Source of the DNA: Callorhinchus milii
Lineage: Eukaryota
Assembly (NCBI RefSeq): GCF_018977255.1
Contig: NW_024704742.1
Location: forward strand, 36,148,001 to 36,212,000
Reading direction: 5' to 3'
DNA: 64,000 nt
Under the pieces are notes generated by a model, which saw nothing but the letters and a program-made list of their open reading frames with translations, was not told the DNA's origin and made no database searches. Position numbers and translations under genes: made by a program. This document shows positions 38,268 through 50,330 of this stretch, piece by piece (within the stretch, counting starts at the first letter, position 1; every line of letters starts with the position of its first letter).

Positions 38268-40724
38268 AACAACAAAACTGTTAGTTTTAGTGCAAAGCCC
38301 AATACTAAACCAGAATAAGAGGAATTTTATCCCCTTAAAAGATTTTACTGGACTTTTCTTGAGAAAAATTCAATCAAAATCAATTTCCTTCAGTGGACTC
38401 ATTTGAAAATATTTACATAATAAATCTTTTCACCACAGATTTTTATTCTCTTTTGCTTTCAAGGAATCAGTGCACAGAATTAAAATCCAGCCAAATCCTG
38501 TTAAATGTCATTCAATTTTGGGAAGGGACAAGTGGATTAAAACAGGATTTTTCTTATCCAAAGTGAAGAATAACAGGGTTCTGAATGAAGGATTCCACAG
38601 CAATTTCTTCTGACCTATTTTCTGAAAGGAATTTTTTTACATCCAGAGAATAGATATAGGATTAAGGATCATTATTCCCGTGGATTATCATTGCAGTCTG
38701 GATCAAAGTTGCATACTATAGGAAGTAGATCAGCAAGCAAGCTGTTGGGTGATACACCATTTGTCTAGTTTTCTTTGATTTTCACGTTCCATATATATTT
38801 GCAATAAATTCATATGTAATCTGGAGGGAATACTAACTGAAGTTATTCAAAAACAAAAATCTAAGGCAAACAAGCAATTTAAAAAAAAGACTTGTGCCAC
38901 TTGCATTTGCAAGAGGTAACCTCTTTTCTCAATAACAACAACTTGCATTTATATAGCGCCCTCCACGCCGGGTGGCGCCTTGGTATGTCCTCCTGACATG
39001 AAAGGCGCTATACAACTGTAATATGCTGTTGTTGTAACGAGTGAATTTAGAAGTAAAGCCACAGCAATCATCAATTTATACATGTTACATATTTAAAGGG
39101 CCAATGATAAGCAACAATGCGCAGTGACCCCTCTCTCTTCCAATTACATTATCCACCATGGCTCTGTGTCATTTAGCAAGACTCTTTTTTGAAGCATTCA
39201 GGTAACAATTCACAAATCTGCAATGTTTGTGCTGTAATGGTTCTTGCATTAGTTACAAACTTTCCTAATGGCCAATACGAGGGCACGTAAACCATCCTGT
39301 GGGATCTGAAATTACTCATGGTGTTAGTCATAATACTATTGTCTTAAAATGCCTTTAGCCATCTTTCCCCTCTCCCCAACTCCTTGGCTCCCACCCCCAG
39401 CTCAGTTGCCAAGACAGGACTTTTAAGCACCTTGGGACATCCTCGCAAAAGGAAACGTGCAATATAAATGTAAATTTATACAGTATTTGTATTGTAACAT
39501 GAAATTTTGAAGAAACTCCAGAAAATCAGCTTCCAATTCCAGGATAAAACAAGTCTGTTTTCCAAAATTTCACATAAGTGCAACCTATGGTTAGCCTGGA
39601 ATGACACTTGGCTTCACTTAAATTAAGGTTGTTTTTCTTTTTCTTGCTGGTTGTTTTTAAGAATTTTAAAATTATTTGTAGGCTGCCAAGTAAGGATGAG
39701 TGAGCCAATTAATTTTTTACTCCTGTATTGATAATAAAATAATAATAATCCTTGGAATTTATATAGAATTTTATCACATTGCAAGATGTCTCAAAGTACT
39801 TCACAGGATTTTACTACAAAGTGCAGTAGGCAACAGTGGAAGCTAATTTATTTATTAATTATTTCAGAGCTACAGATTGGCTTGGCTGTACATGAGCAGA
39901 GATCCAAAATCCAGCCTTCCTGTTTACAAGCCACCAGTGTGATATAAGCAGCAGAAAGTTTAATTCAGGCTTCCCGCTCCTTATCACTCTACTGCTGGAA
40001 GCACAGTCACTTTGACACCAACCAATGCAAAACAATAAACGAGGCAGGAAATATAAGTGAAGATTTCCATTCCACAACACTATTACTGGTAAAACAGTCG
40101 CTTTGCTTCCAGTATTATGAATCCAGCAAATGCTAAGTTCAAACAATCTCATTACCATAGTTGCTTTACAGTTAACTCTGCAATGTTCGTGTGAACTCCC
40201 ACATCACAGAAGCTATGTGAAACAGCACGATTCAGACACACAAGATAACATACCATTATTTCAAGCTGAGAAGGGGGGAGATGACGTAAATATGAGCGTG
40301 ACCTACATTTGCGGATGGATGTCTCAATTAGGACAGTCACAGTGCGACATGACTGACTGAATTTCACTGCAGAAAACAGCTGCTGTTAGTGCAAACGAAA
40401 GAAAAGCATCATCTCTGATCATCATCCATGTCTACTGAGCAGCCCCACGTGAAGCTTTCTTCTCCTTGATTGTTCTGTCAGCACAGCTCTCAAGACTGCG
40501 AAGAACACACAGAGTAAATTTCCATTTCTAACCTCAACTTCACTAAAGCAGCTCCTATCTGCTTGATCTGAAACAAGAATATTGGCCTTTTACCCGAAAG
40601 TATAGATGTATCAGAATTGAATGCATTGAAAACTATAGGCTAAGATAGCTAGAAGAATGATTTTTGAGTAAGATAACCTCTTTAGCAAATACCTTTAACA
40701 TTTTCACTCAGGCTGGTCAGCACA

Positions 40725-40875
40725 TGTGTCCTGTTTAGCTCAGTTGGGAGCACTCTGCCTTCGGGTTCAAGCCCTACTTGTACTTACCACGGACTTGCGC
40801 TACTGGAAGAGGTTTGGTTTGTCAGAGGTGCTGTTCTTCAGATAAAATATTAAACCAAGCTCCCTCCTGACTGTT
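40725..40875 (+). mobile_element. Deu-domain SINE 5' part
   Basis: TAGCTCAGTTGGGAGCACTCT, GGGTTCAAGCCC, GTCAGAGGTGCTGTTCTTCAGAT. Confidence 0.65.
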
Positions 40876-40889
40876 CTTCAGATAAATAT

Positions 40890-42800
40890 TCACGATTCCA
40901 CGTGATAAACTCCCATAAAAATTCAAGGTACTGTTTTCTTTCAAGTCTTTCATGCAGTGTGTGTCCTGGAGGTTAATGGCAAAGACACCGTGCGTGAAGT
41001 GTGTTCAGATTGCTTGGGACAAATTTCTGGTAACAGGTATCCATCTAGTGAGAACGCAACTGTCTGACGGCCAATTTATGGCTATCCTTTTGGGGAGGAA
41101 ATAAGGAAGGTATATTTGGGGATGAGCAGACTCATTCCACAGGGACTGGACAATGGAGCTGAATCAAAGCTTTGATGGACTTGATGTCCCAATATCTGGT
41201 CCAGGTAGGCCTTGAGTACTCCGGACCGTTGTTGATGATTGATCAGCCTTTTTGATTTACCAATGAAACTGGCACTGGCAGGTCACTGGTAGAGGGGAAT
41301 GCAATTCTTCCCACTCAGCTCCTGATACCTTGAAAGTCAACATCAGAATAGGGAGGCTGTCCTAGCAGCAGTTTTCTCTGGCTACAGGCAAAGTGGGGTC
41401 TCTCTAGCTTGTGGACTCCTGAACTCCTGTTTGTGGCAGTTCTCAGCAGCTGGAACTAGAGATTTGCAAGCAAGGCAAATTCTCATTTTAAATCAATATT
41501 TTGACAATCTCTACAAGCTCCAGTGATAAGCCAGGCAGGTCAGTCAATCGTCAACAGCGACTATCCTGGAGTCGTGTCAATGTGACTGGTTACACTGATG
41601 TGTTTGCCTACTTTTCAAAGAATGGAGAATTCATACAAGTTCCGAACTTAACCCACTTAGGTGAGAATTTATAGCCGTTGTCAATTTCAGTAACAGACGC
41701 ATCCAGAAGCCTTACAGGACCTGACCAGTTCAAGGACTCTTCTTATCTGGACGTGAAACTGATATGAAGCAAGTAAAGTAGAGCACACTTGCGCTTGTTG
41801 TATGTACCAAAAATAACAAAGTATGCTGAGAATTATTTGGTTTATAAGCCATTTGGACAATCTACAGCCAGGATTTCCATTTAAACACTGAGGACGGCAA
41901 ATCAATCACAGACCCTGACCCGCATTTTAACACTCGGCTGCCCGTGATTACATCTGACCTTTGACCTACAGTGGGGTTTTCTATGAGGTGGTTAACCACA
42001 TTTATGACATTGTGACATTTTATATCCATGTGTTTTGCATTCTTCGGCGATCCACAATAAGTCTCTCGCAGTTTAGTTCGCAGCATTTCTGAGGTTGTAT
42101 GGAATTTGTATGAATTCTTCATTCGTTGAAAAGTAGAGAAACACAATAGTGTAATCATAGGCGAGGACATGACTCCACTGTTGATGATTGACCAGCCTGA
42201 CCGGATTATCAACGGAGCTTGGAGAGATTGACCAAATAATGATCTAAAATGGTAATTTGCTTTCAGATCTCCAGTTCCAGCTGTTGAGGGACTTCCCAAA
42301 ACAGAATTTCTGTAATTCTGAATTATAAAACCCATCGTAAAGGGGACCAGACTTTGCCTGTGACCAGAGGAAACTGGTGTGACTTGGCATCTAGGTCAGT
42401 CTGCCTATTTTTCAGGGTTTCAGATAGCCTAATGAGAGTCTGATGAGTCTGAAGTTTCATGTGGGTCTAGATTTACTCTGTTAATCCTGTAAGACAAAGC
42501 CCTAACAGGTAGGGTGGTCCTAGCTGGATAAGCAGCGGGAAAACTTGCCAGACAGTAATATCAATGGAGTTTTCTATGCGGTTTTAGCTGGTTAGACTCC
42601 AGCAGTACCCCAACACACACTCTTGCCAACCTGCGCCTAATACTTTCTGGAACTAGTTAAGCAGGATGTGTCCCTCCAAAGAGAGTGTGCATTCCATTCC
42701 AACGATCCATCTCTGGGATTTCCATGTGTAGGTGGGATATATGGAATTCTGAGTTTAGCTTGGATACTCATAAGCATGGATTTCAGCATGTGTCAGACAC
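40890..42800 (-). repeat. Family X composite copy 4: constant module (42478-42800) plus several paralogous cassettes in both orientations
   Basis: 42478-42800 matches the other X modules; 41080-41335 aligns with 57385-57645; 41345-41660 is an inverted paralog of 42095-42410. Confidence 0.75.
41862..42335 (-). pseudogene. 157-codon ORF in a family X cassette, product unknown
   Basis: Longest non-L2 ORF in the track; comparison with its inverted paralog shows several synonymous differences in this frame (CTC/CTA, CCG/CCA, GGC/GGT, AGT/AGC, CGA/AGA, AAA/AAG). Confidence 0.45.
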
Positions 42801-43027
42801 AATTCCAGAGAGCCCAGAATTTGGTAATTCAGTCTTAACTTTAAAGACAGTTTTTTGTAATTCCTAAAAGAATTAACAGAAACCTGACTTCAAAATTAAA
42901 GTTGCATTTAAGAATTTGCCAAATTCTGCATGCTCTAAAATGTTACATAAATAGAGTAAATACTACATACGTAGACTACATAAATGCTATTTAAGTAGCC
43001 TTAATCTAGACCCAAGTGGAATTTTAC
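42801..43027. mobile_element. Fold-back MITE-like element abutting the family X terminus
   Basis: AATTCAGTCTTAA, CATTTAAGAATTTGCCA, terminal TCTAGACCCAAGTGGAATTTT as at 11162-11181. Confidence 0.65.
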
Positions 43028-43104
43028 CCCTTACGTATTTTAATCTCTATGGATTGTATGAATAATTCGAAATTAGCTATTTCTTCAGTGATAGAATATT
43101 TTAA

Positions 43105-43490
43105 ACAAGTGTGAGTATTCCCGGGTAGAGCAAAACCTTAGGCGTATTTCCTTACTCTACATACTTCTGTTTAGCTAGCAGTAAATAGGAACCTGACTGT
43201 TAGACAATTAGCAGATAACTTTCCAGGGGTAATTATCCCTTCAAAATGATAATAATTTGGTCACTCAGTTCACAATCGTTTGTGGGATACTGCTGTGTGC
43301 AATTGGCTGCTCCGTTTTACCCACAAAATCCACAGTCAATCAACTTTACAATATATTCTGTAAAAAGCGCTTTGAGATGTCTCAATGACGTGATAAGGCG
43401 CAATATCAAATGCAAGGTATTACACTGCCTTGGGACAGTCTCCCGACATGAAAGGCACTATACAAATATAATTTGCTGTTGTTGTTGAAT
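43105..43490 (+). mobile_element. Older SINE subfamily B copy followed by an L2 tail
   Basis: TTTCCTTACTC..CTGTTTAGCTAGCAGTAAATAGGAACC; then CCTTGGGACAGTCTCCCGACATGAAAGGC..(TTG)n. Confidence 0.85.
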
Positions 43491-44289
43491 ATGTTTGAGT
43501 AAATGAAGAAAAAATATTTATTTTAAAACTAGCGGTATTAAAAGAGCACTCTCATGAAGACGACGCACTTGGGGAAATCTTTTCGATGTTATGAAAAAAA
43601 CTTACGTGCTATTTTTGTCATGACAACTTCACATTGAAGTTAAGCAACACAGTTCAAAGAAATTTCTCATCACACCAAAGGAAGGAAATATTTGTCAAAA
43701 CACATTTTCTTAAAGGTTGGGAGCCTTTTAAAAGTACTTGGGACACTTCCGCTCACACTCACACCAGACTGCCTGTTACCCCACAGTATGTCAATCTAAA
43801 TTCTACGCACATTTTTAAAAGTAGCCAATGATTCCTTCCCCCCAGCCCCCACTCCCCATTTCAACAATCACTTTAGAGCAAAAATTGACATGGAATTGTT
43901 GAATGCTCTTTTCAATTTCTGATGTTATCCCTATTTTTATTAAACAAGTGTCTAAAGTTAACGATAAACAATCATAAGCAGAACATGGTAGTCTTTTCAA
44001 ATATCAGTTACCATATTCATTGGTTTAATCACCCATGTTAACATTGGAAGGTGGTGTGTAAATGTTAAGATACTTGCAATTCTTCTCTTGCACAGTGCCA
44101 TTGCTGCTATAGTAACTGAATAAACAAGTCAACGTATCTGTGATATTCAGTGACAGGATTAATTATTGTTCACAGTTCCCTGCTCTACTCAACATGGCAA
44201 TTTCCACTCACAGATTAGCAATTTATTTCTACATCCGAGAGATGTTCCCACGATTTTGTCGAGTATCAGATTTCTGTGGTGGGTGGTTT

Positions 44290-44510
44290 GACAATCATTC
44301 ACCCATCTCAATTCATTATGACCTTTTGTTTTGAAAAGATTATTGTTTTTGGAGGGATTATTACTCCTGGAAAGCGATCTGGGTTGTTAACCCTAACCTA
44401 CACTACCACCTACTTCCTGCTAGGTAAACAGAGGTGTACGTGCCCAGGAATCGAACCCGGGTCCTCACTTACGAGGCGAGCGCTCAAACCACTGCGCTAT
44501 GGGATTCCAC
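44290..44510 (-). mobile_element. SINE subfamily B, 5' part
   Basis: Antisense tRNA head with B box GGTTCGATTCC and TGCTAGGTAAACAGAGG domain. Confidence 0.8.
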
Positions 44511-44687
44511 AATTGCTCTGTCTTCCAAGTTTCAGTAAGTTGATTAGTTTGATATATGATGTGCCAGGAATAATGGTAGCACACAACTGATACACTTTAT
44601 AACTTTTGTCCAGCTAGCATCTCCTCACAATAAGGTTTTGTGATCCTGCATAATGTGTATACCCCTATATTTCATTGATGTATATAT

Positions 44688-45082
44688 CCCAACAGATCTA
44701 CTTCAAGGTCCTCACCCTCACCTATAAACCCCTTCAAGCCATAGCACCTCCATATTTCTGTGATCTGCTCCTACCTCACTCTTCTGCTGCCACCACCCCC
44801 CACCCCCCCACCCCCACCGTGCAGCCTGCTGCGTGTTCCCCACCCACTCTGTGCCACCATCGGGGCCAAGCCTTCAGCAACTACTCCCCTCATCTCTGGA
44901 ACTCCCTCTCTCTACTCCTTCAACTCACCCTCTCTCTTCTTTAAAATCCCAACTAAAAACCTACCCCTTTGACTGTGCCCATAGTCACCTTCTTCCCTCT
45001 CTCCCTTGCTCAATGTCTGACCTCATCTTTGTGAAGTACCATTAAACATTATCCTACGTAAAGGACAATATATAAATGCAAA
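44688..45082 (+). mobile_element. L2 ORF2 end and tail
   Basis: Translates QQIYFKVLTLTYKPLQAIAPPYFCDLL and GQAFS..PHLWNSL (L2 C-terminus). Confidence 0.85.
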
Positions 45083-46835
45083 ACGTGTCTTCACAGCTAG
45101 TTCCACCCAAAGACAAGGTACTCATTTTAACAATGTTTAAAGGGGTAAAAGCTGATGATGGATCGACTTGGATTTATCCAGAAACTGATGGTACCAATTT
45201 CAGTGCTCAACCAACTGAGCTACCACCAGATGTCTTGGAGCGGTCAAAGGAACTGTCCGGTTCTTTTTATACTTTGCTTTTCTCCACTCATAAAACTACT
45301 ATGGAAATGGTGTGTGTGGGATCTCCAGAGTTGTGTTAAATTTTAACATTGAAAAGGTGAAGAAAATTGCAGAAAAAAATAAAGCTTAAATGCTTTCACT
45401 CAAACAAAGCAGCTGTAACATTGTCCCCTGCACATGTTTCTGTCGAGCTACTATTTTTAAAATGGATCAAAACTCTTGTATAACATGAATTCAAGAGCAC
45501 ATCCCAAACAGGAGATTATCTTTTCATCCATTGGGGGATAGTTCTGAATGTGATTAAGCTTCAGTGCTGTTTATTATATTTACTTTACCCACAAGATTTC
45601 TTCATCCACTGCAGTGTAAATTTTGTACTCTGATTCCCTGGTGCCAGGGGGACTTCAAAAATGCAAATGCAATGAAAATGCAGCACTTTGCTTCCTGTTG
45701 TTTCAAGCAGGTCTCCCAGAGGAATGATGGACAAATCAAACCTAAATTGACTCAAATAGAATTTTTTTGAATTGCTCACAAATCATCAATTTTTAGCTGA
45801 ATCAGGCAATTTTGAATTCTGTTGCAGTTTTCCATAGAAAAGCACACAATTACATCCTACAAATGTGCAGAGAACTTATCTCGGTCCATGTGTTAAAACA
45901 GCAAAATCTTAGATTTCTCCTGGCATCGCACAATTTCAAATACTGAAAAAAAGTATTCATATTAAAAAGGATTTTTTTTAAAAAGGACCCTTGACTTGGA
46001 ATAAAATTATTATCCTTCGAATACCAGATTTAAAGTCTACTGCACCTCTGGGTATTCATATCAGGATTGTGTTAGCAGCAAATCTCCTCTCATTTCTGTC
46101 CCCAAGGAAGAGCACAGCACATGTGCTCAGCCTAGTAATTTATAGCGCCCAGGATGTGAAGTGAATTGAGGGCAGAGGACAGTGTAAACACTGCTCCTCG
46201 TACAACTTGAATGCAATCTTGAATGCATTCTATATGAAGGTCGGGGACAGTCAGATAGCATTCAAGATCTTATCCCTTATTGGCCAGCTGACAAGGCCAT
46301 AAGTCATTGCAATTTCACAATGTTACTGTTCAGATAGAGAGATTCATGGAACCTCAGAAGAAAAAAATCGGAGTTCTTCTCCTCGGCAGAATCAAATTGT
46401 AAGATTTTCATTTCGAGCATCATAAACCTAGGCAGCATCAGTAAAACCTAATTAATGTCACTTGCTGATTCTGTACCTGCAGCAAGGTCTTTCGTTGGCT
46501 CCATTCCAACTCTGAGCCAAGTCCCCCCTCCCGCCAACACAGTAATCTCTACCACCACAAAGCAAGCTCGTTAGACTCCTCCTAATCCTGTAAGCCACGA
46601 CAATTTCATAGCAAGGAAATGTTTCCCTCCTTTCCATTTTTCATTAGATGTTAGGGGAGGAAAAAACAATTACACCTTTATGAATAATTCCAATTATATT
46701 CATCTACAAACAAAAAGGGATTTTTTTCCAATTAGTTTTGGCAGAAATAGTAAACGCAATTGCTATCAGTTGAAAAGCTGGGACATCTGTTCAGCTCCCA
46801 TTTTACTGTGCTGTAAGAAGCACAACTGCCTGACA

Positions 46836-47137
46836 CTTTGCAAGCGAGAGACCTGAGTTCAATTCCAGGCAGGGCGAAACCTTGGGCAAGTTTCCTTACT
46901 CCACACGCCTAATAATAATCCCTCCAAAAATCCCCCCAAAACAATAATAAATTGGTCATTTTCAATCTATTACTGTTTGTGGGACATTGCTGTGCGCAAT
47001 TGGCTGCCGCGTTCGCCCACAAATATACAGTCAATTCACTTTACAATGTGTTCTGTGAAGCGCTTTGGGACGTCCTCCCGACGTGAAAAGCGCTATATCA
47101 AATGCAAGGATAATTATTATTATTATTATTATTATTA
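46836..47137 (+). mobile_element. SINE subfamily A, slightly 5'-truncated
   Basis: Near-identical to the reverse complement of 47274-47595. Confidence 0.95.
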
Positions 47138-47273
47138 CTGCATTATAAATGTAAGATATTCCAGTTCTCACCTGCAACATGCTGAAAATATTCAACTTCA
47201 TGATCAACAAGCCACAGATTATGAACATCAAGCTGCAAGTTCAATAATTATCTTTATCCACCTCCACCTTACC

Positions 47274-47595
47274 AATAATAATAATAATAATAATCCTTGC
47301 ATTTGATATAGCGCTTTTCACGTCGGGAGGACGTCCCAAAGCGCTTCACAGAATAGACTGTAAAGTGAATTGACTGTATATTTGTGGGCGAACGCGGCAG
47401 CCAATTGCGCACAGCAATGTCCCACAAACAGTCAGGGATTGAAAATGACCAATTTATTATTGTTTTTGTTTTGGAGGGATTATTATTAGGCGTGTGGAGT
47501 AAGGAAACTTGCCCAAGGTTTCGCCCTGCCTGGAATTGAACTCAGGTCTCTCGCTTGCAAAGCGAGTGCTCTAACTACTGAGCTACAGGACTCCA
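47274..47595 (-). mobile_element. SINE subfamily A, full length
   Basis: Complete head, core and tail. Confidence 0.95.
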
Positions 47596-48342
47596 GCCAG
47601 TTAGGAACTTGGGAATCTTGTTTGACCCTCAACTGTCCTTTCTCCCCCATATCCGTGCCATGACTTGCTCTGCCTTCCTCCACCTTTGCGACATTGCCCG
47701 ACTCTGCCACTGCCTCAGCCCTCAGGCTGCCAAAACACTCATACAGGCACTCATCACCTCAAGGCTCCACTACAGAACCTCCCTCCTTGTCGGCCTCCCC
47801 AACTCTTCCCTCCACAACCTGCAGATCATCCAGAACACTGCAGCTCCTGTCCTCTCCTGCACCAGGCTCTGTGACACCATCACCCCACCCTCGCCCAGCG
47901 CTATTGGCTCCCGATCCCTCATAGAGTTCAAAATCATCATCCCCACTTTCAAGGCCCTTCCACGGCCTTACCTCCTCCTACATCTCCGACCTGCTGACTC
48001 CCTATCAATTTGTCCGCTCCCTCCACTCAGCAGGCTCTGGCCTGCTCCAGGTCTCCCGCCCGACCCACTCTACCATCGGTGGTCGGGCTTTCAGCCTCTC
48101 TGACCCCACTCTTTGGAACTCCATCCCACAATCCCTTCACCTTGCACCCTCACTTGCCTCCTTCAAGGCACGACTCAAGACTCTCCTTTTTGACCGTGCC
48201 TTCAGCCACCCTCCTACCCCTCTGCCCTCCCTCATCCCAACCCTATCCCCCCACACTCGGGTCCTGATCCCTGACTGTTCAGGGCCTTGGGACGTCCTCC
48301 CAACGTGAAAGGCGCTTTACAAATATAATTTTGTTGTTGTTG
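47596..48342 (+). mobile_element. L2 LINE 3' fragment (RT C-terminus and tail)
   Basis: ORF 47609-48103 GILFDPQLSFLPHI..AFLHLCDIARL..LIQALITSRLHY..LQIIQNTAA; tail CCTTGGGACGTCCTCCCAACGTGAAAGGCGCT..(TTG)n. Confidence 0.95.
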
Positions 48343-50042
48343 GCGTTATGGAGTACAAAAGGAAAGAATTTATTTGACTTTTTATTGTTTTCATTGAAAA
48401 TAGTTATCAAACTTTTTTAGCATTTGTGTGAAATATTCTGTCGCTTGCATGCAATGCCATTATGATGAAAATGGCATTCTAGTCTTCTAACTTTTCTCCC
48501 TCGCTGATCCAAATGGAAAATGTTTCCTTTTGGATTTCAAAAATATTTCAAAAAAGGAAATATTTGTTTTTATAAAGGCGATGTTCCTGTGCTTTATTTT
48601 GTCTCAGTTTTTTTTGGTCCACTTTGAGCTGCTGCAGCCTCCACACTATTTCCCTCTTCCTGAGAGATAAGACCAGTGGCCTCTCCAGAGCCTTGTGAGC
48701 AGCAAGAGGCACTTTTGTCAACACGTAGATCTTTCTTCCACCAGAAGGGGGTGCTCCATCTTACAATGCAGCTGCAAAACCAGCCAATGATTGAGAAGTT
48801 TTGGCTCTTTTAATGCTGAAATGATTTTACATCACTTCCAACAATACAATCACTCAAAGCACTCGTATTAGATCCCTACTGTTGCCTGTTTGGCATTTCC
48901 CATCAAATGAACAGAAAAACAAATGTTTCCCATTGTACACGAGTCATGCCAGCTAAATCAGAACCATCGGAACTGCCTGACAATGAGATTTTTTGTCCGA
49001 ATTAATCCAGGTCGCCCCAATTTCAATTGATTCTGGTTGATAGCTCATCCAGAATGAGGTCAGCCAAGACTTGGCATATAACGCTGTTCTGTTAGGAAAG
49101 TCATCTTGCCAATGGCTCATATAACAATGTTGGATGTTGACTACATCTTTACCACAAAGATCACATTTTCCACCACATTCAATGTGTTTTCACAGTTATT
49201 TTCCAATTGAAGATCTGTGCCCTCCTGTCAGTCCTGGGCCAAAGTATTGCACCAGGATCAATAAAACACAACATCTGGGATTCTCAGGCACATTGAACAT
49301 TGTTTTTAGAATCACAGTGTTATAAACATAAGATAATTCCTTAAACAAAGCACAAAGAGATATGCAATACCGTGATCTTGTTTAAGTAGTTTCTGTTCTT
49401 TTCTGCACTTCTGTTACTGTGATATCTTGGCTTTATTCCATTACTATTGATTTTTAACAGACTGGATACTATCAAACTAGATTGAGTCCCTAATATTTGA
49501 AAAAACATGCCTTAGGTGCTATACGAATGTAATTTTATTATTGTTGTTATCAGTGAATACCCATTGTTTTTGTTCTCTTTTTACTGCTTTTCCTAGCTCC
49601 CAGATTGAAGTAAAAAAACAGCAGATGTGGGAATGAACTCTGCCAGCCACAATATAGTATTTGAACTTCCACAATTAAACATCAGGCAGAATTTTGTAGG
49701 AGAGGTTCACATTGCGAGAGAAAAAACAGCATTGTATTTTCCCCACTTCTGAGGTCAGATGTAACAGTTTGAAACAGCAGTAACTCCACTCCATCAATCC
49801 AGTTTCTTAAGTAGTGTCAGCCTAGTCTATGAACTCATGTCTGGATTCGGAACTGGAACACACAACTCAAAGCGAGAGTGCTACCAAATGAGCTGGCCGT
49901 CATATTAACAGGCAAAAAGGAACAGTTGAGGTGAGGAAGAAAGGAAGCATTAAGTGAAGGAAAGCATCAATGAAAGCCTTCTCCATAACCTAATCTAACC
50001 AATAAGATTTGCCATTCTCAAAACATAGCTAAAGATCTATAA

Positions 50043-50330
50043 TAATATTAATAATCCTTGCATTTGATATAGCGCCTTATCACATCGTTGAAACGTCTCA
50101 AAGGGCTTCACAGGATATACTGTGAAGTGGATTGGAATGTCTATTTTGTGGGCAAAAAGTAGCAGCCAGTTTGCACACATCAATGCCCTACAAATAAACA
50201 GAATCAGTGACTACATTTTAATTTGGGGGATTGATGGCCAGACAATGAAACACACCCCCAACACCACATTGGAGTGCCAGCTTAGACTATGTGACTCCAA
50301 GTCCCAAAGTGGAGCTTGTACCCAGAAGCC
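50043..50330 (-). mobile_element. SINE tail and Deu-SINE remnant
   Basis: TAATAATCCTTGCATTTGATATAGCGCCTTATCAC; GCAGCCAGTTTGCACA. Confidence 0.75.

Noticed and set aside
37757..38318. 142-aa and 118-aa ORFs as genes
   Set aside because: They largely translate a SINE on either strand; the same peptides recur at other SINE copies.
42440..42460. CTGATGAG as a hammerhead core in family X
   Set aside because: No stem II and no GAAA..NUH follow.
48738..48757. CTCF site CCAGAAGGGGGTGCT
   Set aside because: Two mismatches to the core consensus; cannot be supported from sequence alone.
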